From: an uncultured Verrucomicrobiae bacterium | GTDB lineage: Bacteria; Verrucomicrobiota; Verrucomicrobiia; Limisphaerales; Palsa-1400 | Reading direction: 5' to 3' | Assembly: GCA_963764165.1 (NCBI GenBank) | Contig: CAVXRD010000001.1 | Coordinates: 1,536,001 to 1,600,000, forward strand | DNA length: 64,000 nucleotides | Shown here: positions 29,110 through 39,764 of the stretch, piece by piece | Position numbering within the stretch: the stretch's first letter is position 1 | Layout: the number at the start of each line of letters is the position of its first letter | Program-made: the position numbers and the translations under genes | The notes under the pieces: model-generated | Told to the model about the DNA's origin: nothing | Seen by the model: only the letters and a program-made list of their open reading frames with translations | The model's database searches: none

Positions 29110-29580
29110 TCAAAAGTGCGGTCGGCGATGCCCGCAGCGATGGCAGATGCGTTCGGGCCGGAAAATGGCATCTCCCATGCAATTAGAAATCCCCGCTAAA
29201 AGCTGTCCCTCGAAACTCATTGGTCCGTAAACTACGGGACGCGATGGCTCGTAAATATCATAGCCAAGCCATCCGCAATTTGGACACTGATTCCTTTTTC
29301 TGCTTTCTTGCTCCAAGGCTGCCATCTTGACAGCGATTCGCCTGTGAAGTTCTGCCGATACTATTTCCGCATATTCCGAATCAAACAGCTCAAGTTGACG
29401 TCTGCAAGATGGGCATTCATAAGCCATTGTGACCATTTCAAAAGGGAACTCAATTTTTTGACTGCAATGTGTGCATTCGCAAGAGAGATATTCCGGCTTA
29501 TCAGGCATACTCCACATCATCCACTCGAAAATCTTTTCTGGCGGGCAATCGGCGGGAATAAAGTTATCGAAATCAGACAT
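29110..29580 (-). CDS. Zn-ribbon protein (four CxxC pairs), IS passenger
   Basis: CTHC, CPSC, CPNC, CHRC. Confidence 0.7.
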   Translation of the reverse strand: MSDFDNFIPADCPPEKIFEWMMWSMPDKPEYLSCECTHCSQKIEFPFEMVTMAYECPSCRRQLELFDSEYAEIVSAELHRRIAVKMAALEQESRKRNQCPNCGWLGYDIYEPSRPVVYGPMSFEGQLLAGISNCMGDAIFRPERICHRCGHRRPHF

Positions 29581-29598
29581 AATGGCTCCTTCAAAAAT

Positions 29599-29961
29599 TT
29601 AACGCCCTGAGAGTAATGCGGCGCATCCTTTGAAGATCAAAATTAACACGGCTGCATAGAGAAAGAGCGCAATAACCCCTCCACATCCGTTGCTGTCATT
29701 TTGAGACGGAGCCGAAGATTCGACGTGGACTTTGCCCTCCACGTTTTGAAGAACAGTCATTTGTTTGCAATTGGGGCACTCAACAAATTTTCCGTCCAGT
29801 TCGGCTGGAAATTCAAGTTTCTGGCGGCAGCAAACACAAAAACATTTCAAGATTTCCCTTCCGCGTCTCGGAAAGGAAAGGGCGCGAACCCGTTCGCACC
29901 ATTGCGAGGCACCTGAGAGGGCCTTGAGATGAATGCGCACGAGCCGCGCCCAGTCGGGCAC
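29599..29961 (-). CDS. Zn-ribbon + C-terminal TM protein, IS passenger; start probably internal
   Basis: CVCCRQKLEFP..ECPNC, similar to CTHCSQKIEFP..ECPSC of its neighbour; hydrophobic C-terminus. Confidence 0.55.
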   Translation of the reverse strand: MPDWARLVRIHLKALSGASQWCERVRALSFPRRGREILKCFCVCCRQKLEFPAELDGKFVECPNCKQMTVLQNVEGKVHVESSAPSQNDSNGCGGVIALFLYAAVLILIFKGCAALLSGR

Positions 29962-30187
29962 GTGCTCGGTGCGGGGTCATCTCGGAAAATTCTCAGGTTT
30001 TCGCAATTCCCCTACCGCTAACGCTAAATTATTAAAACTGCCCAAAGCATACCCCGCTTCAAATCCGCCAATCAATTTGAAAGTTTTAGAGAAAATGAAA
30101 AACCCACTTGCCATTCCCGATGATCGGAAACAACCTCTTTTTTTCAAACAACTGCCGCTAAGACAGCGGCCAACAAAAAGGGCTAAA

Positions 30188-31006
30188 ATGACCATTCTGA
30201 TTGGCATCACATGCAAAGATGGAATTGTCCTGGCCAGTGACAGCCAAGCGACTGTGGGGGGCGAATTTGCGCTACCAACATCAAAAATAACCAAAGTCAA
30301 TTTTCAGTTGAATGAGGCGCTTATAGCCTGCGCCGGAGATATTCACCTAGCTAATCGCGTTACAGAAATGATTCAGGATTCCGCATTGAGATCGGAGTTA
30401 AATTCGCCGCGTCATCTTGCCGATATGGCAGAGGCCGAAATACGAAAATTCCGCGATATGATGGTGGACGACGCCCAGAAGCAGTCTCTCGAAGAGGGTG
30501 GATTTATCTTAATGCTCGCCCACTTCGGTTGCTTTGATCCTAGTTTGTATTTGACGAACATATTGGGAATAGCAAGCAAGCCAGAATCATATTATGCCGC
30601 TGCTGGAAGTGGGTCCGTTCTTGCTGAATGCTTTTTTGCGGAATTTTTAGACAGGCCCTCCACGCTGCCAGAATCGGTAGCTGCTGCGATATATATAATT
30701 GACAAAGTGAAAAGGTATGATCCGAGTTGCGGTGGCCAAACTAAAGTCAAAGTCATTGGCAGGGAGAAAAATCCGTACCCAGCGCACGATAACCCTATGA
30801 CGCGCTATATCGGCAAGGTTTACGATTACCCGCAGTCCGACATTGACACTTTTGAACGGGAAATTGCTGAGATTGAAACATCCGAAAAACCTGGAAGGAT
30901 AAAGAGGCTCTCTGGCGTGTTGTCCGAAATCGGAAAGGTTCGATGGGAGGCATATTTGAAGTCCGTAAAAGCCACCATTTCAACCAATGAACAAACTGAG
31001 CACTGA
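30188..31006 (+). CDS. Proteasome beta-type (Ntn) protease-like protein, IS passenger
   Basis: M-T-ILIGITCKDGIVLASDSQAT (Thr1), SKI, ACAGD, AAGSGS, D..CGG. Confidence 0.8.
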   Translation: MTILIGITCKDGIVLASDSQATVGGEFALPTSKITKVNFQLNEALIACAGDIHLANRVTEMIQDSALRSELNSPRHLADMAEAEIRKFRDMMVDDAQKQSLEEGGFILMLAHFGCFDPSLYLTNILGIASKPESYYAAAGSGSVLAECFFAEFLDRPSTLPESVAAAIYIIDKVKRYDPSCGGQTKVKVIGREKNPYPAHDNPMTRYIGKVYDYPQSDIDTFEREIAEIETSEKPGRIKRLSGVLSEIGKVRWEAYLKSVKATISTNEQTEH

Positions 31007-31820
31007 GGAACGCAGTCGAATCGTAAGGTGTTTAGTAGAAGGAAACTCACTTCGATCCACAGTCCGAATCACTGACACCCACCGGACAACCATCCAGAAG
31101 CTATTAGTGGAAATCGGCGCGGCCTGTTCAGAGTATCAGGATAAGACTCTCCGCAATCTTAAATTAACCAAAATTCAGTGCGATGAAATCTGGGCATTCT
31201 GTGGCGCTAAAGACAAAAATCTCACGCCAAAAGGAAAAGAAAGAGGCTGGGGAAGCGTTTGGACTTGGACGGCATTGGATTCAAAAACGAAGCTCGTTCC
31301 CTGCTGGTATGTCGGCGAGCGCGATGCGAGCGCGGCTTATCACTTCATGCACGATCTGAGCGGAAGGCTGGCCAATCGCGTCCAATTGACCACAGACGGC
31401 CTGAATTTGTACATCCCGGCAACTGAGGACGCCTTCGGATCGGAAGTCGATTACGCGCAACTGGTGAAGATTTATGGGACGCATGTTGGACCTGACAACA
31501 ATGCAGAGATTCGATATAGCCCCGCAGTCTGCATGGGCGCGCGCAAGGCGGTCATCTCTGGCAATCCCCAACGGAAACACATCTCCACAAGCCATACCGA
31601 GCGACAGAACCTCACGATGCGCATGTCCATGCGCCGGTTCACTAGGCTGACCAACGCTTTCTCGAAGAAGGTTGAGAACCACGAGGCGGCGGTCGCGCTG
31701 CACTTCATGTATTACAATTTCGCCCGCATTCACCAGACGCTGCGGATTACTCCGGCGATGGCGGCTGACGTTGCGGATCATGTTTGGGACTTGGAAGAAA
31801 TTATTGATCTGATAAAGTGA
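30987..31820 (+). CDS. IS1-family DDE transposase
   Basis: LVEGNSLRS HTH, QCDEIW, LTTDG, TERQNLTMR..RRFTRLTNAFSKK. Confidence 0.92.
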   Translation: MNKLSTEERSRIVRCLVEGNSLRSTVRITDTHRTTIQKLLVEIGAACSEYQDKTLRNLKLTKIQCDEIWAFCGAKDKNLTPKGKERGWGSVWTWTALDSKTKLVPCWYVGERDASAAYHFMHDLSGRLANRVQLTTDGLNLYIPATEDAFGSEVDYAQLVKIYGTHVGPDNNAEIRYSPAVCMGARKAVISGNPQRKHISTSHTERQNLTMRMSMRRFTRLTNAFSKKVENHEAAVALHFMYYNFARIHQTLRITPAMAADVADHVWDLEEIIDLIK

Positions 31821-31824
31821 GCGA

Positions 31825-32061
31825 ATGAACATTATAAAATACACCACCGCAGTCGCAGACAACATTGAGGAGTTGGACGATAAGGTAAACGTCCTGATTC
31901 GAGACGGATTCCAGCCATACGGGAACCCATATTATATCGCCCCAAGTGATCGCGTGGTGGATTCCCCCGTATGCCAGGCGATGGTTAGGACAGGAACTCC
32001 ACACCATCAAATAGGGGAGGATGAAGAGATTGTGCCAGACGCAGCGCGGCCTGTTGGGTGA
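31825..32061 (+). CDS. DUF1737-like small protein, IS passenger
   Basis: ELDDKVN..GFQPYG..CQAMVR. Confidence 0.7.
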   Translation: MNIIKYTTAVADNIEELDDKVNVLIRDGFQPYGNPYYIAPSDRVVDSPVCQAMVRTGTPHHQIGEDEEIVPDAARPVG

Positions 32062-32310
32062 TTTCAAACTGTACCACTACCCGATATTCGGGTTGCATTG
32101 AACTCAAAGTCGGGTAGTATTGACGCGACCTCAAACCTGACCGAGATAAATGGTTTTGCCCATTGCAGGATTTGCCTGTCGGGACCGAACAACGAAACGA
32201 AAAGGGATAAATGTGCTGGAAAACAAAACTGCAAAAATGGGCCGGTCGGGGCTTAATCGAAATCAGGCACCTTCAACCGACTTTCGGTCAACAAATGAAC
32301 GGACTTCTTT

Positions 32311-33105
32311 ATGATTGACGAGTTATATAAAGAAATCAAGGACACCGGACTCTTGGATGTATTCGACGCAAGCGGCTTTGTTGAAAGCCTCAAGCAAATG
32401 TTTTTTTCCAAACACGTCGTATACAAGCAATGGCTTGTTCCGCTCGACAATTTCGAGTTCTCCAGCGCGACCTTTTACGAGATGATCGAGAAGGAGTTGA
32501 ACGTTCGTAAAGTGCCCGGATTGGAGATCACCCGCGTCGAATTGAGCGAGGGCGGGCCGCTTTCCGCAAAACGCCAATATCTCCGGCTCCGGCGCGAACG
32601 GCTTGCATTCGACATTTGCGCTGCGCCGTTTGGCACCAGCTATTTCTTCTCCTTCCGCTCGGTCGAGCTTCCGTTCAACATCAGCATCCTGCAATTGGTG
32701 GTGTTGGTCGTCATATTTTCGATGTTATACGCCTTGGTGGTGCATTTTATCGGCCTTATCCTCGGCATTCTCCTTTTCTTCGTCCTCGTGGGCGGCGGCA
32801 TTTGGTTTCTCCGTAATCTTGTGGCCCTCGGGTTGAAGGATATGGATGCCGCCCTCCTCAAAGCTCCGACCATTGGCCCGATCTACGAAGTGTTTTTCCG
32901 CAAAGAGACCTATTATCGCGAGGACACCCGAGCCATGTATCTTTCCCTTGTGGATACCATCACCAAAGCCCTGGTTGACGAGGTGACAGCGGCCAAGGGC
33001 ATCAAAATTGCCAAGCGGGATGACCGGCCGATTTCAGCCGAATTGAATCGAGAAAAGCCGAATCCGCCGGATCAGGGCGCAACACCCGACGAGAAAGCGA
33101 CTTAA
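32311..33105 (+). CDS. Membrane protein (2 TM) upstream of long VirD4-like gene
   Basis: Central hydrophobic hairpin; stop 3 nt before the next start. Confidence 0.75.
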   Translation: MIDELYKEIKDTGLLDVFDASGFVESLKQMFFSKHVVYKQWLVPLDNFEFSSATFYEMIEKELNVRKVPGLEITRVELSEGGPLSAKRQYLRLRRERLAFDICAAPFGTSYFFSFRSVELPFNISILQLVVLVVIFSMLYALVVHFIGLILGILLFFVLVGGGIWFLRNLVALGLKDMDAALLKAPTIGPIYEVFFRKETYYREDTRAMYLSLVDTITKALVDEVTAAKGIKIAKRDDRPISAELNREKPNPPDQGATPDEKAT

Positions 33106-33108
33106 GTC

Positions 33109-36100
33109 GTGTCGCCTATTGAAGAAAAGCTGTCCGATCAGTTTTACCAATGGGAACGGCGTGGCCGTGGCTGGGAGGTTTTTCCTGAACCCGTCCGCCC
33201 TGAACCCCCTTTCCGCCCTTTCTACGGGCATTTTGTGCCTGACGCGCAGATCATTGATGACGGGCGTCGGCCCACCTTCTTGAGTTCACTCGTGGAAAAG
33301 CTCAGTCGCAAGTTGAGCACCGAGCCGCCACCTGTGCCCGAAGTTCCAGAGGCAGAGGAAGAACCCGAACCGCATATATTGATTCGTGAATCGCTCATTG
33401 AACTTCAAACTTCCCTGCCCGCCAAACTCGACATCGGCAAGGATGCTTTTGAGCAGTTTTTGCGCAACCTCTATTCATGTCAGGAGCCGATTGCTTTTGA
33501 AATGCTGGGCACGCCGGAGCAAGTGAGCGTCCAGTTTGCCGCCCATCCGAACGATGCCTCCATTGTGCGCCGTCAGTTGCAGTCATATTTTCACGAGGCT
33601 TCGTTTCTACCGCGCGAAGGCGCGCTTATGAACGCATGGGAATCGTGCGAGGGTGATGAAATTCTCATTGTCGAATTCGGATTAGCCCGCGAATTCATGT
33701 TTTCGCTTGAGTGCGGCAAACTTGACCCGTTCGTTGGTATTGTCGGGGCGCTCTCCGAGTTACAACCGGGGGAATTGGCGCTGTTTCAAGTTCTCTTTGA
33801 ATCCGTGGAGCAGGATTGGCCTGAGAGCATCGTGAATTCAGTTACCCACAGCGACGGCAAACCCTTTTTCGTCAATATGCCGGAATTGGCGTCGGCGGCG
33901 GAAAAGAAGGTGACGCGCCCACTCTATGCAGCGGTCGTCAGGATCGCCGTCAAAAGCGAATCATACGACCGCACCGTTGAAATTGCCCGACACTTGGCAG
34001 GCTCCTTGCGTGTATTCGCCAATCCCCAGGGCAACGAACTCATTCCCCTTACCAACGACGATTACCCGTTCGAGGAACATATCGAGGACGTGCTTTGCAG
34101 ACAGTCGCGCCGTTCCGGGATGCTCCTAAACAGCGACGAGTTGATCGGTTTCGTTCATCTCCCGTCGAGTGACATCCGCTCACCGGCCTTGGAGCGCGAA
34201 ACCGGCAAGACCAAAGCCGCCCCGGCCATAGCCCAAAACGAGCGCGGCATCTTGCTCGGCACAAATGTGCATATTGGCAACGCGGTTTCAGTGCATTTGA
34301 CTCCCGAACAACGCGTCCGCCACGTTCACGTTGTTGGCGCAAGCGGCACCGGCAAAAGCACACTCCTTTTTAATCTCATCCGCCAGGATATTGAAAATGG
34401 CGAGGGCGTTGCGGTGTTTGACCCGCACGGTGACTTGGTTGACAAAATTTTAGGCGTGATCCCGACCGCGCGAATCGGCGACGTGGTTCTCGTTGATCCC
34501 TCTGACGAGGATTACTCAATCGGGTTGAATATCCTTTCGGCCCATAGCGACCTCGAAAAAAACCTGCTTTCATCTGATCTCATTTCCGTCTTTGAGCGGC
34601 TATCCACAACTTGGGGCGACCAGATGCAGAGCGTTTTGCAAAAAGCGATCCACGTGTTCCTCGAAAGCAGCGAACGTGGCACGCTTGCCGACTTGCGCCG
34701 CTTCTTGATTGAGCCGGCATACCGAACCGAATTCCTGAAATCAGTTCGCGACCCGGAACTGCTCTACTACTGGCAAAAGGGATTTCCTCAGTTGACCGGG
34801 AACAAATCCATCGGTCCGGTCATTACTCGAATTGATGCGTTTCTTGCGCCAAAGCCCATTCGATACATGGTGTCGCAAACGGAGAACCGATTGAATTTCG
34901 GCGAGATCATGGATTCGGGCAAAATATTCTTAGCCAAATTGCCCGAGGGCTTGCTTGGCAAGGAGAACTCATATCTTCTCGGCACCCTTCTGGTTTCGAA
35001 GTTCCAGCAACTCGCCATGAGCCGCCAAGCAAAACAGATTGCCGCGCGGAGGGACTTCTGGATATACATTGATGAATTCCACAATTTCATCACTCCCTCG
35101 ATGGCGCAGATACTTTCCGGAGCGAGGAAATATCGCATCGGACTGACCTTGGCCCATCAGGAATTGCATCAGTTAGAGCGAAACCGCGATGTTGCAAGCG
35201 CCGTAATGTCCAATCCCTACACCCGCGTCGTGTTCCGTGTCGGCGACAGCGATGCGAAGAAGCTGGCGGAAGGATTTGCGTTCTTTGAAGCGCGTGACCT
35301 GCAAAATCTGGAAACCGGGGAGGCTGTCGCCCGAGTCGAAAAGGCGGACAGTGATTTTAATCTGACCGTTCCTTTTCCCGAAAGCATTGACCCCGGAACA
35401 ATGGAGGCGACTCGGCAAGCAGTGATCGCAGCCTCACGGAGGAAATATGGGACTCCGCGCACGGACGTGGAAACAATGCTGCTTGCCAAATTCCAAGCAC
35501 AAGCATCCGAGCCAAAGAGAACGAAGTCTAAGCTCGCCCCGCCGCCATCTCCCAAGGTTGCGGAGGCGAAAATTTCGGATGTTCCAAAGCCGACGGTTGC
35601 GGAAAAGGAAGTTCCACCTGCTGCTGAGAAAACGGCAGCAGCGCCACCGGCTTTTACCCCACCGCCCCTTGCCGATATTCTAAAAACGGCACCGGCACCA
35701 GTCATCGAAATCCAGGAGCCGCCACGAGAACAAGGCCAAGGCCGAGGCGGATTGGAACACCAAGCCATTCAGAAACGAATCAAACAGGAAGCGGAAAAGC
35801 TTGGTTTCCGCAGCACTATTGAAAAACCCGTTTTAGAAGGCCAAGCCAGCATCGACGTTTGGCTAGAGCGAAACAGCCTCATCATCGCGTGCGAAGTTTC
35901 CTTCACAAATACGGAAGACAATGAATCCAGCAAAATCATAAAATGTTTGAAAGCCGGAATTCCGAAGTTCGCCATGATTTGCACGGACGAGAGAAAGTTG
36001 CGAAAGATCGCAGCGGCGATTTCCTCCGGTCTTGATTCTGAATTGGCCTCGCGGGTTGAGTATTTCCAGCCCGACCCGTTCATTGAGCATATCAAAACTC

Positions 36101-36255
36101 TGCCGGTTGAGCCGCCAAAGAAATCAGAGAAAATCCGCCGAGGCTATAAAATCAAACATTCACATTCAACAGGTTCAACAGAAGAACAGACGGCAAAAGA
36201 GAAAGCTGCCATTCGTGCCATTGCGGAATCCATGCAAACGAAAACGAGCCGTTGA
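33109..36255 (+). CDS. Long VirD4-like ATPase with Pro-rich linker and C-terminal PD-(D/E)XK-like domain
   Basis: HVHVVGASGTGKS, FDPHGDL, IYIDEFHNF, GARKY; C-terminal EHQ..IEK..IDVWL..ACEVS. Confidence 0.88.
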   Translation: MSPIEEKLSDQFYQWERRGRGWEVFPEPVRPEPPFRPFYGHFVPDAQIIDDGRRPTFLSSLVEKLSRKLSTEPPPVPEVPEAEEEPEPHILIRESLIELQTSLPAKLDIGKDAFEQFLRNLYSCQEPIAFEMLGTPEQVSVQFAAHPNDASIVRRQLQSYFHEASFLPREGALMNAWESCEGDEILIVEFGLAREFMFSLECGKLDPFVGIVGALSELQPGELALFQVLFESVEQDWPESIVNSVTHSDGKPFFVNMPELASAAEKKVTRPLYAAVVRIAVKSESYDRTVEIARHLAGSLRVFANPQGNELIPLTNDDYPFEEHIEDVLCRQSRRSGMLLNSDELIGFVHLPSSDIRSPALERETGKTKAAPAIAQNERGILLGTNVHIGNAVSVHLTPEQRVRHVHVVGASGTGKSTLLFNLIRQDIENGEGVAVFDPHGDLVDKILGVIPTARIGDVVLVDPSDEDYSIGLNILSAHSDLEKNLLSSDLISVFERLSTTWGDQMQSVLQKAIHVFLESSERGTLADLRRFLIEPAYRTEFLKSVRDPELLYYWQKGFPQLTGNKSIGPVITRIDAFLAPKPIRYMVSQTENRLNFGEIMDSGKIFLAKLPEGLLGKENSYLLGTLLVSKFQQLAMSRQAKQIAARRDFWIYIDEFHNFITPSMAQILSGARKYRIGLTLAHQELHQLERNRDVASAVMSNPYTRVVFRVGDSDAKKLAEGFAFFEARDLQNLETGEAVARVEKADSDFNLTVPFPESIDPGTMEATRQAVIAASRRKYGTPRTDVETMLLAKFQAQASEPKRTKSKLAPPPSPKVAEAKISDVPKPTVAEKEVPPAAEKTAAAPPAFTPPPLADILKTAPAPVIEIQEPPREQGQGRGGLEHQAIQKRIKQEAEKLGFRSTIEKPVLEGQASIDVWLERNSLIIACEVSFTNTEDNESSKIIKCLKAGIPKFAMICTDERKLRKIAAAISSGLDSELASRVEYFQPDPFIEHIKTLPVEPPKKSEKIRRGYKIKHSHSTGSTEEQTAKEKAAIRAIAESMQTKTSR

Positions 36256-36474
36256 TTATTTTTCTTCCAGTAAATACACCGGGCCTTTGACCTTGAATTC
36301 TGAATACGCCTCGATCATCCGAACCCGTAGTTTGACAAGACTTTGGCCAGGTGTTTCTTCCGCATTAAAAATTGAAGTCTGCATCACGCCCATTTCTCGC
36401 GCCGCCTGGGCGCGTGTCTTGCCCGCCTTTTTGCGAAGAGTTTTGGCAAGCACCACTAAATCGTTTTCATTCAT
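36256..36474 (-). CDS. Small HTH protein divergent from LSR2
   Basis: RKKAGKTRAQAAREMGVMQTSIFNAE. Confidence 0.7.
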   Translation of the reverse strand: MNENDLVVLAKTLRKKAGKTRAQAAREMGVMQTSIFNAEETPGQSLVKLRVRMIEAYSEFKVKGPVYLLEEK

Positions 36475-36574
36475 GGCCGCTTTGTAGTTCATGCGAAAAA
36501 CCGTAGCAGATATATTCAATTTGCATACACTTTTTTCTTGTCAAACGGTTGCGTTTTCGGGTATGAAATAGTGT

Positions 36575-38077
36575 ATGAAGGAAAATAGTGCCTTGAAAAA
36601 ACGTGTCGGCATATGGATTCGTGTTTCCACCGAAGATCAAGCCAGGGGCGAAAGCCCGCAACACCACGAGCAACGCGCCCGCGAATACGCCAAGTTCAAC
36701 GACTGGACAGTGGTTGAAGTGTATGACTTGGCCGGGGTGTCAGGCAAAACCGTCATGGAAAATGCCGAAGCCAAGCGGATGATGTCCGACCTTAAGCGCG
36801 GCCACATCAACGGCCTGATCTTTTCCAAGCTCGCCCGCCTTGCCCGAAACACAAAGGAGCTTTTGGAATTTGCCGAGTTGTTCCGTCAGCACAGCGTGGA
36901 CATGATCTCCTTGCAGGAGAAAATCGACACATCATCCCCCGCCGGACGCCTTTTCTACACGATGATCGCGGCAATGGCGCAATGGGAGCGAGAGGAGATC
37001 GCCGACCGTGTTAAAGCCTCGATTAAAATCAGGGCAAAACTTGGCAAGAGTTTGGGCGGTGCCGCGCCTTTCGGCTATCAGTGGGAGAACAACAAATTGG
37101 CCGTGCATCCCGTCGAATCTCCCGTCCGCAAGCTCATGTATGAGCTTTTTGCCAAAAACAAGCGCATGAAGGGCGTTGCGCGGCTTCTTAATGAATCGGG
37201 CTACCGCACGAGGAACGGCAGCAAATTCAGCGATACGACAGTTTTGAGGCTGCTTCAAGACACCACGGCAAAGGGGTTGTATCGCTCAAATCACACCTAC
37301 CGTGACGGCTCCGGCAAACTCCTTCCCAAACCAGAAGACGAATGGGTTTACAGCCCCGTCACTGCGATTGTGTCCGAATCCTTGTGGAAAGAGTGCAACG
37401 ATGCTTTGGGAGCGCGAAAGGCGCAGAAGCCGCTTGGACGGAAGCCTGTGCATTTGTTCGCCGGATTGCTGCATTGCGGTTGCGGCCAAAAGATGTATGT
37501 CTTTTCCCGCTCCCCCAAATACGTCTGCCCGGAGTGCAGGAACAAAATAACGGTCGAAGACATGGAGGGGGTTTTTCACGACGAATTACATGATTTCTTC
37601 GTGTCCCAGGACAAAATTAAAGGGCATCTGGCGAACGCAAACCAAAACCTTGCCGACAAAAAAGTCAGGCTTGAGGCGCATACCCGGCAGATTGAAAAAG
37701 TTCGCACCGAAATGCGCAAAACATACCAACTCTATCAAGAAGACCAGATTACCCCGGAGGGCTTTGGGAAAGTGTATCGCCCGCTTGAAGATCAGGAACG
37801 CGCCCTGACAGCCGAACTTCCAAAGCTCCAAGCCGAAGTTGACGCAATCGAAATGCACCAGATTTCCGCCGAAGAAGTGCTCGCGGAGGCGACTGGACTA
37901 CACCGGAAGTGGCCTCATTTCGGCCAAGAGGAAAAGCGGAGAATCATCGAAAGTATCGTCGAGAAGGTCACTCTTTCGGGAGACACAATTGATATAACAT
38001 GGTCATACTTAACCTCTTCTGAAGAACTCACAAAAAGGCAACGCAACGTGTCGGGTTCATCGCGGCCACCAGCATGA
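36575..38077 (+). CDS. Large serine recombinase 2 (integrase of the comM island)
   Basis: [29 protein letters not shown], coiled-coil; 3' end runs into comM sequence. Confidence 0.95.
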   Translation: MKENSALKKRVGIWIRVSTEDQARGESPQHHEQRAREYAKFNDWTVVEVYDLAGVSGKTVMENAEAKRMMSDLKRGHINGLIFSKLARLARNTKELLEFAELFRQHSVDMISLQEKIDTSSPAGRLFYTMIAAMAQWEREEIADRVKASIKIRAKLGKSLGGAAPFGYQWENNKLAVHPVESPVRKLMYELFAKNKRMKGVARLLNESGYRTRNGSKFSDTTVLRLLQDTTAKGLYRSNHTYRDGSGKLLPKPEDEWVYSPVTAIVSESLWKECNDALGARKAQKPLGRKPVHLFAGLLHCGCGQKMYVFSRSPKYVCPECRNKITVEDMEGVFHDELHDFFVSQDKIKGHLANANQNLADKKVRLEAHTRQIEKVRTEMRKTYQLYQEDQITPEGFGKVYRPLEDQERALTAELPKLQAEVDAIEMHQISAEEVLAEATGLHRKWPHFGQEEKRRIIESIVEKVTLSGDTIDITWSYLTSSEELTKRQRNVSGSSRPPA

Positions 38078-39104
38078 ATTCGGCGGGAAACGTCATCGTG
38101 CCTGCGGCTCGCGAAATGGTGACGCGGCCTTCTTCAATCGGCTGGCGCATGGTTTCCAAAACGCTGCGTTTGAATTCCGGCAATTCGTCCAGGAACAGCA
38201 CGCCATGATGCGCGAGCGAAATTTCGCCCGGCGTGGGATTGATGTTGCCACCCAGCAGGCCCGCGTCGCTGGCCGTGTGATGCGGCGTGCGAAATGGCCG
38301 GCGCGTGACCAGCGCCTGCTTCGGTTTGAGCAGCCCGACGATGCTGTGAATCTTCGTCGTCTCCAGCGCTTCCTCCAGCGTCAACGGCGGCAAGATTGTG
38401 GTGAGCCGTTTGGCCAGCATGGATTTGCCGGTGCCCGGCGGCCCGATCAAAAGAACGTTATGTCCGCCCGCCGCCGCGATCTCCAGCGCGCGCTTGACGG
38501 ACTCCTGGCCCTTGACTTCCGCCATGTCAAAATCGTCCTCGAACGATTGGCCGAAGATCTTCTCCAAATCAACTTTGGCGGGCTCAATTTTAATTTCCCC
38601 TTCCAAAAATCCTACCGCCTCGCGCAAATTTTCAACGGGAATAACCTCCAGTCCTTCAACCACCGCCGCCTCCGCCGCATTGTCCACTCCAACGATGAGG
38701 CCCTTCAACTTCTGCGCCCGGGCCTCCCATGCGATTGACAGAACGCCTTTGACCGGTCGCACTTGGCCTGTTAGCGCCAATTCACCAACCATCGCATAGT
38801 GATCCAGCTCCGACGACATGAGTTGATCGCTCGCCGCGAGCATTCCGATCGCAATGGGCAAATCAAAACTCGGCCCTTCTTTTCTGACGTCGGCGGGCGC
38901 GAGATTAATAGTCGTCTTGCCCATGGGAAATTTGAACCCGGAATTGGTAAGCGCCGTGCTGACGCGATCCCGCGATTCCTTCACTGCCGCATCGGGCAGC
39001 CCGACAATCACCACCAACGTATCACCCCAGCCGGAATTCACCTCCACCTCGACGGGGAAGGCTTCAATTCCATTGACAGCGGCGGATAAAACGCGAGCCA
39101 GCAT
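38028..39104 (-). pseudogene. comM: comM/YifB Mg-chelatase-like ATPase, 5' part, interrupted by the island
   Basis: [50 protein letters not shown] then abrupt stop; C-terminal third missing. Confidence 0.92.
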
Positions 39105-39222
39105 GGGCGGATGTTGGGGCAATGAAGCCGTTACGGCAATGCGGTTTTTGCGGGATTTGACAGACTGCGTCAGAGCCATCGATTCCCAAACAGCGCAAAC
39201 GTGGGGACTGACGCCGACCGGA

Positions 39223-39666
39223 TTAATGTTCCCGATTTCCGAGCCGCAGTTCCAATTCTTCAATTTTGTCCTGCCATTCCTCAGGGTCATATTCGTCCCG
39301 GAGTTGCGAATCTGACTTGATGAGGGCGAGCGCAGCTTGGGCAACAGGGACAAGTTCCTCAGCGGGCGAATCCCGATGAGCCGCAATCCAAGCTGTGGCG
39401 CCTATAGACAGTTTCGCCGGAGGACGGCCGCACAAAGCGCTTACAATCTCGACCGCTGCGATGGCTCTTTGGCAGTCGCTAATGGTCAAACGATCCGGGA
39501 GCCGGCCCAGGAATTTTCCGAACCGGGTCGGTTGTTTGGTCCCGCCGTGGTCGATGACGCGTTGGAGTTCACCGCGCAGGGTTACGCCAGCCACACCCTC
39601 ATTCAGGTCGTCAACAAAATCCAACGCTGGATCGTTTTGAAAACTACCGTCTCCCCAACTACCCAT
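39223..39666 (-). CDS. DUF4259 domain protein
   Basis: [32 protein letters not shown]. Confidence 0.8.
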   Translation of the reverse strand: MGSWGDGSFQNDPALDFVDDLNEGVAGVTLRGELQRVIDHGGTKQPTRFGKFLGRLPDRLTISDCQRAIAAVEIVSALCGRPPAKLSIGATAWIAAHRDSPAEELVPVAQAALALIKSDSQLRDEYDPEEWQDKIEELELRLGNREH

Positions 39667-39764
39667 TTCTACCCCTTTGAGGGACAAGCCTCATTCGTTT
39701 GGTTATTAGACCGCGTCCTAAATTCGCATCAACAAGCAGCTTGGGCGAAATCGACATAATTTGG

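Larger units (their letters stand above)
28858..32081 (+). mobile_element. IS1-family element carrying passenger genes (3224 bp)
   Basis: 19-bp perfect TIR GGTAGTGGTACAGTTTGAA (28858-28876 / 32063-32081); 9-bp TSD CGATATTCG (28849-28857 / 32082-32090). Confidence 0.93.
1..38052. mobile_element. Integrative (ICE/IME-like) genomic island inserted in comM; left end outside window
   Basis: The LSR at 36575-38077 overlaps a comM gene truncated right after MLVAAMNP. The island holds relaxase, coupling ATPases, primase, ArdC and defence genes. The 3' half of comM is not found in the window. Confidence 0.8.

Noticed and set aside
29933..30187. N-terminal 85 aa of ORF 29933-31006
   Set aside because: An Ntn protease needs Thr1 after Met at 30188; the upstream part is probably untranslated, though a propeptide cannot be fully excluded.
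39105..39386. N-terminal extension of comM
   Set aside because: The family start MLARVLS is at 39104 and the extension overlaps DUF4259.
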